Of a DNA stretch of 64,000 nucleotides, positions 62,510 through 64,000 are shown piece by piece. The translations under genes were made by a program, and so were the position numbers. Location of the stretch: assembly GCA_964016885.1 (NCBI GenBank), contig OZ024740.1, positions 353,524,001 to 353,588,000 of the forward strand, read 5' to 3'. The notes beneath the pieces are model-generated. The model was not told the origin of the DNA. It saw nothing but the letters and a program-made list of their open reading frames with translations, and did not search any database. Each line of letters opens with the position of its first letter. Within the stretch, counting starts at the first letter, position 1. This stretch comes from Eledone cirrhosa. Taxonomy: Eukaryota.

Positions 62510-63860
62510 TTTTTTTGTGTTGCACCATAGAGCATGTGTGTTTACGTATGTCATTGTGTTTATATGTGGGTAGAGATGTGTGCTGATATAGGTATGTATG
62601 TTGACGTGTGTATGTTGTGAGTTCGTCTTAGGGAGAAGTGTTTAGACGGGGTCCGTATTTGTTAATGAAGTAAGATTCCTTGCTGATGTGCTGGGTGTGG
62701 GTGGCATTATCTTTAAATTTGTAGAGGTGAAAGATTCTGAAGTTGGGATGATTTTGGGCGGCACAGGTATCAATGTGTTCCCTCAGTGGTATTTTCCTGT
62801 ATTCCCGTATTTTAATTTGGGATCTATGGACAGTCATACGTTGGCGGAGGCTGTCTTTGGTCTGGCCTATGTATTGTTCTCGACAACCTGAGCAAGTTAA
62901 TACATATATTAGATTTTCCGATGCACATGTGAAATTGTGTTTTACTATAAAACGTTGTCCATCTTTGAAATAGAATTCCGAACCCTCTATTAGGTTGAGG
63001 CAAATGCCACAGTTGGGTCTATCGCATTTTTTTACTGTGGTTTTCGTTGTTGTGGTTGGCAGTACTTTGGCATGTGTTAGGATGTTTTTCATTGACTTGG
63101 ATTGTCTTTTGCTCTTTATGATATCGTGTGTTCGTAGAATTTGGTTCATTCTATGGTTCTTTTTCAACACAGGGATGTTCTGGAGGATGGTGTCAAAGGC
63201 CTCATTGTTGAGAGGGTTGTGTGTGGAGATGTATGGAAGAGATTTTAGTTTCGGTTGATTTACTTTAGGGTGTCTAAGGTCCTGGGTACTGAGTTTTAGG
63301 GCACGTTGGATTCCATTGTCAATTAGTGATGCAGGGTAGTCCCTGCCTATGAGTGTGTCCTTTAGTTCTTGTAGCCGTAAGTAGCAGATGTTTTTATTGG
63401 AGACTATAGTACAGATTCTCTTGGCTAAGTTGTAGGGAATATTAATTTTAACGTGTCTAGGGTGGCAAGAGTTGAAGGGGAGATATTGCTTGGAGTCTGT
63501 GGGCTTGTAGTATATGTCTGTTTCTATTTTTTTGTTATGGATCTTAATGAGGAGCCTTGGCGCAAAATCAATTTTTTACATTCACATGACCTCTACCGAC
63601 CAATCAAAATTGTTTTGACCACAAGAATTTTTGCAACACCAAAGTAACGCTGGAGCCACTTTTTTAACATAAAAACAGGTAGAATTCCCAAAACTAATCA
63701 GATCAGAGCAAACAACACGGACACTCTATCTCAAAATTATTTTTGAAAAGCATTTAGAAATGCGCAACCGGTAAAAACTTAAAAACTTAAAACCACAACT
63801 GAATACTAACCCATACAATCACTAATACTCTTTTATTCCTAATTAAACCATTTTTCGACT
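61428..63860 (-). mobile_element. 5'-truncated Penelope-like element with an inverted terminal repeat (pLTR)
   Basis: GIY-YIG ORF 62628..63170 (FTCASENLIYVLTCSGCREQYIGQT..LRQRM..H); RT thumb KPTDSKQYLPFNSCHP at ~63460-63510; 61430-61730 is the reverse complement of 63557-63857. Confidence 0.9.
63740..63777 (+). ncRNA. Variant/degenerate hammerhead-like motif (U3:A8, A13C); mirror copy on the minus strand at ~61509-61546
   Basis: ttt-TTGAAAA-GCATT taga AATGC-GCAA-CCGG-TA-aaaa. Confidence 0.5.
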
Positions 63861-63933
63861 GTGAACAATTTGTCAGCATTTTCTATTCCGTTTACCAATA
63901 TATAATAACTTGTGTGTTACACCTCTATTCTTT

Positions 63934-64000
<67 letters not shown>

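Overview
AT-rich, microsatellite-dense animal genomic DNA. The repeat repertoire looks like an octopus/coleoid cephalopod (inference, not verified). The left half (1.2-30.8 kb) carries one complete host gene on the minus strand, the GET3/ASNA1 ATPase. I reconstructed it by hand as 8 GT-AG exons, 993 nt, 330 aa plus stop; its introns are filled with RTE LINEs and tRNA-derived SINEs. The right half (30.9-64 kb) has no recognisable host gene. It is a pile-up of elements inserted into (TA)n, (TATG)n and (TAA)n tracts: RTE 3' ends with C2H2 fingers, R4/Dong-like RLE LINEs, a deleted Helitron, a Gypsy remnant and two Penelope-like elements (PLEs). The most striking signal is a set of about ten hammerhead-ribozyme motifs. 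They belong to several unrelated short non-coding repeat families (about 250-510 bp) arranged as fold-back inverted repeats or partial tandems, which looks like a retrozyme-like / non-autonomous PLE system. One family shows stem covariation across copies, one motif has a U3:A8 core variant, and one 511-bp tandem unit has hammerhead core strands in non-canonical order. All structures were read by eye; none has been computed or tested.
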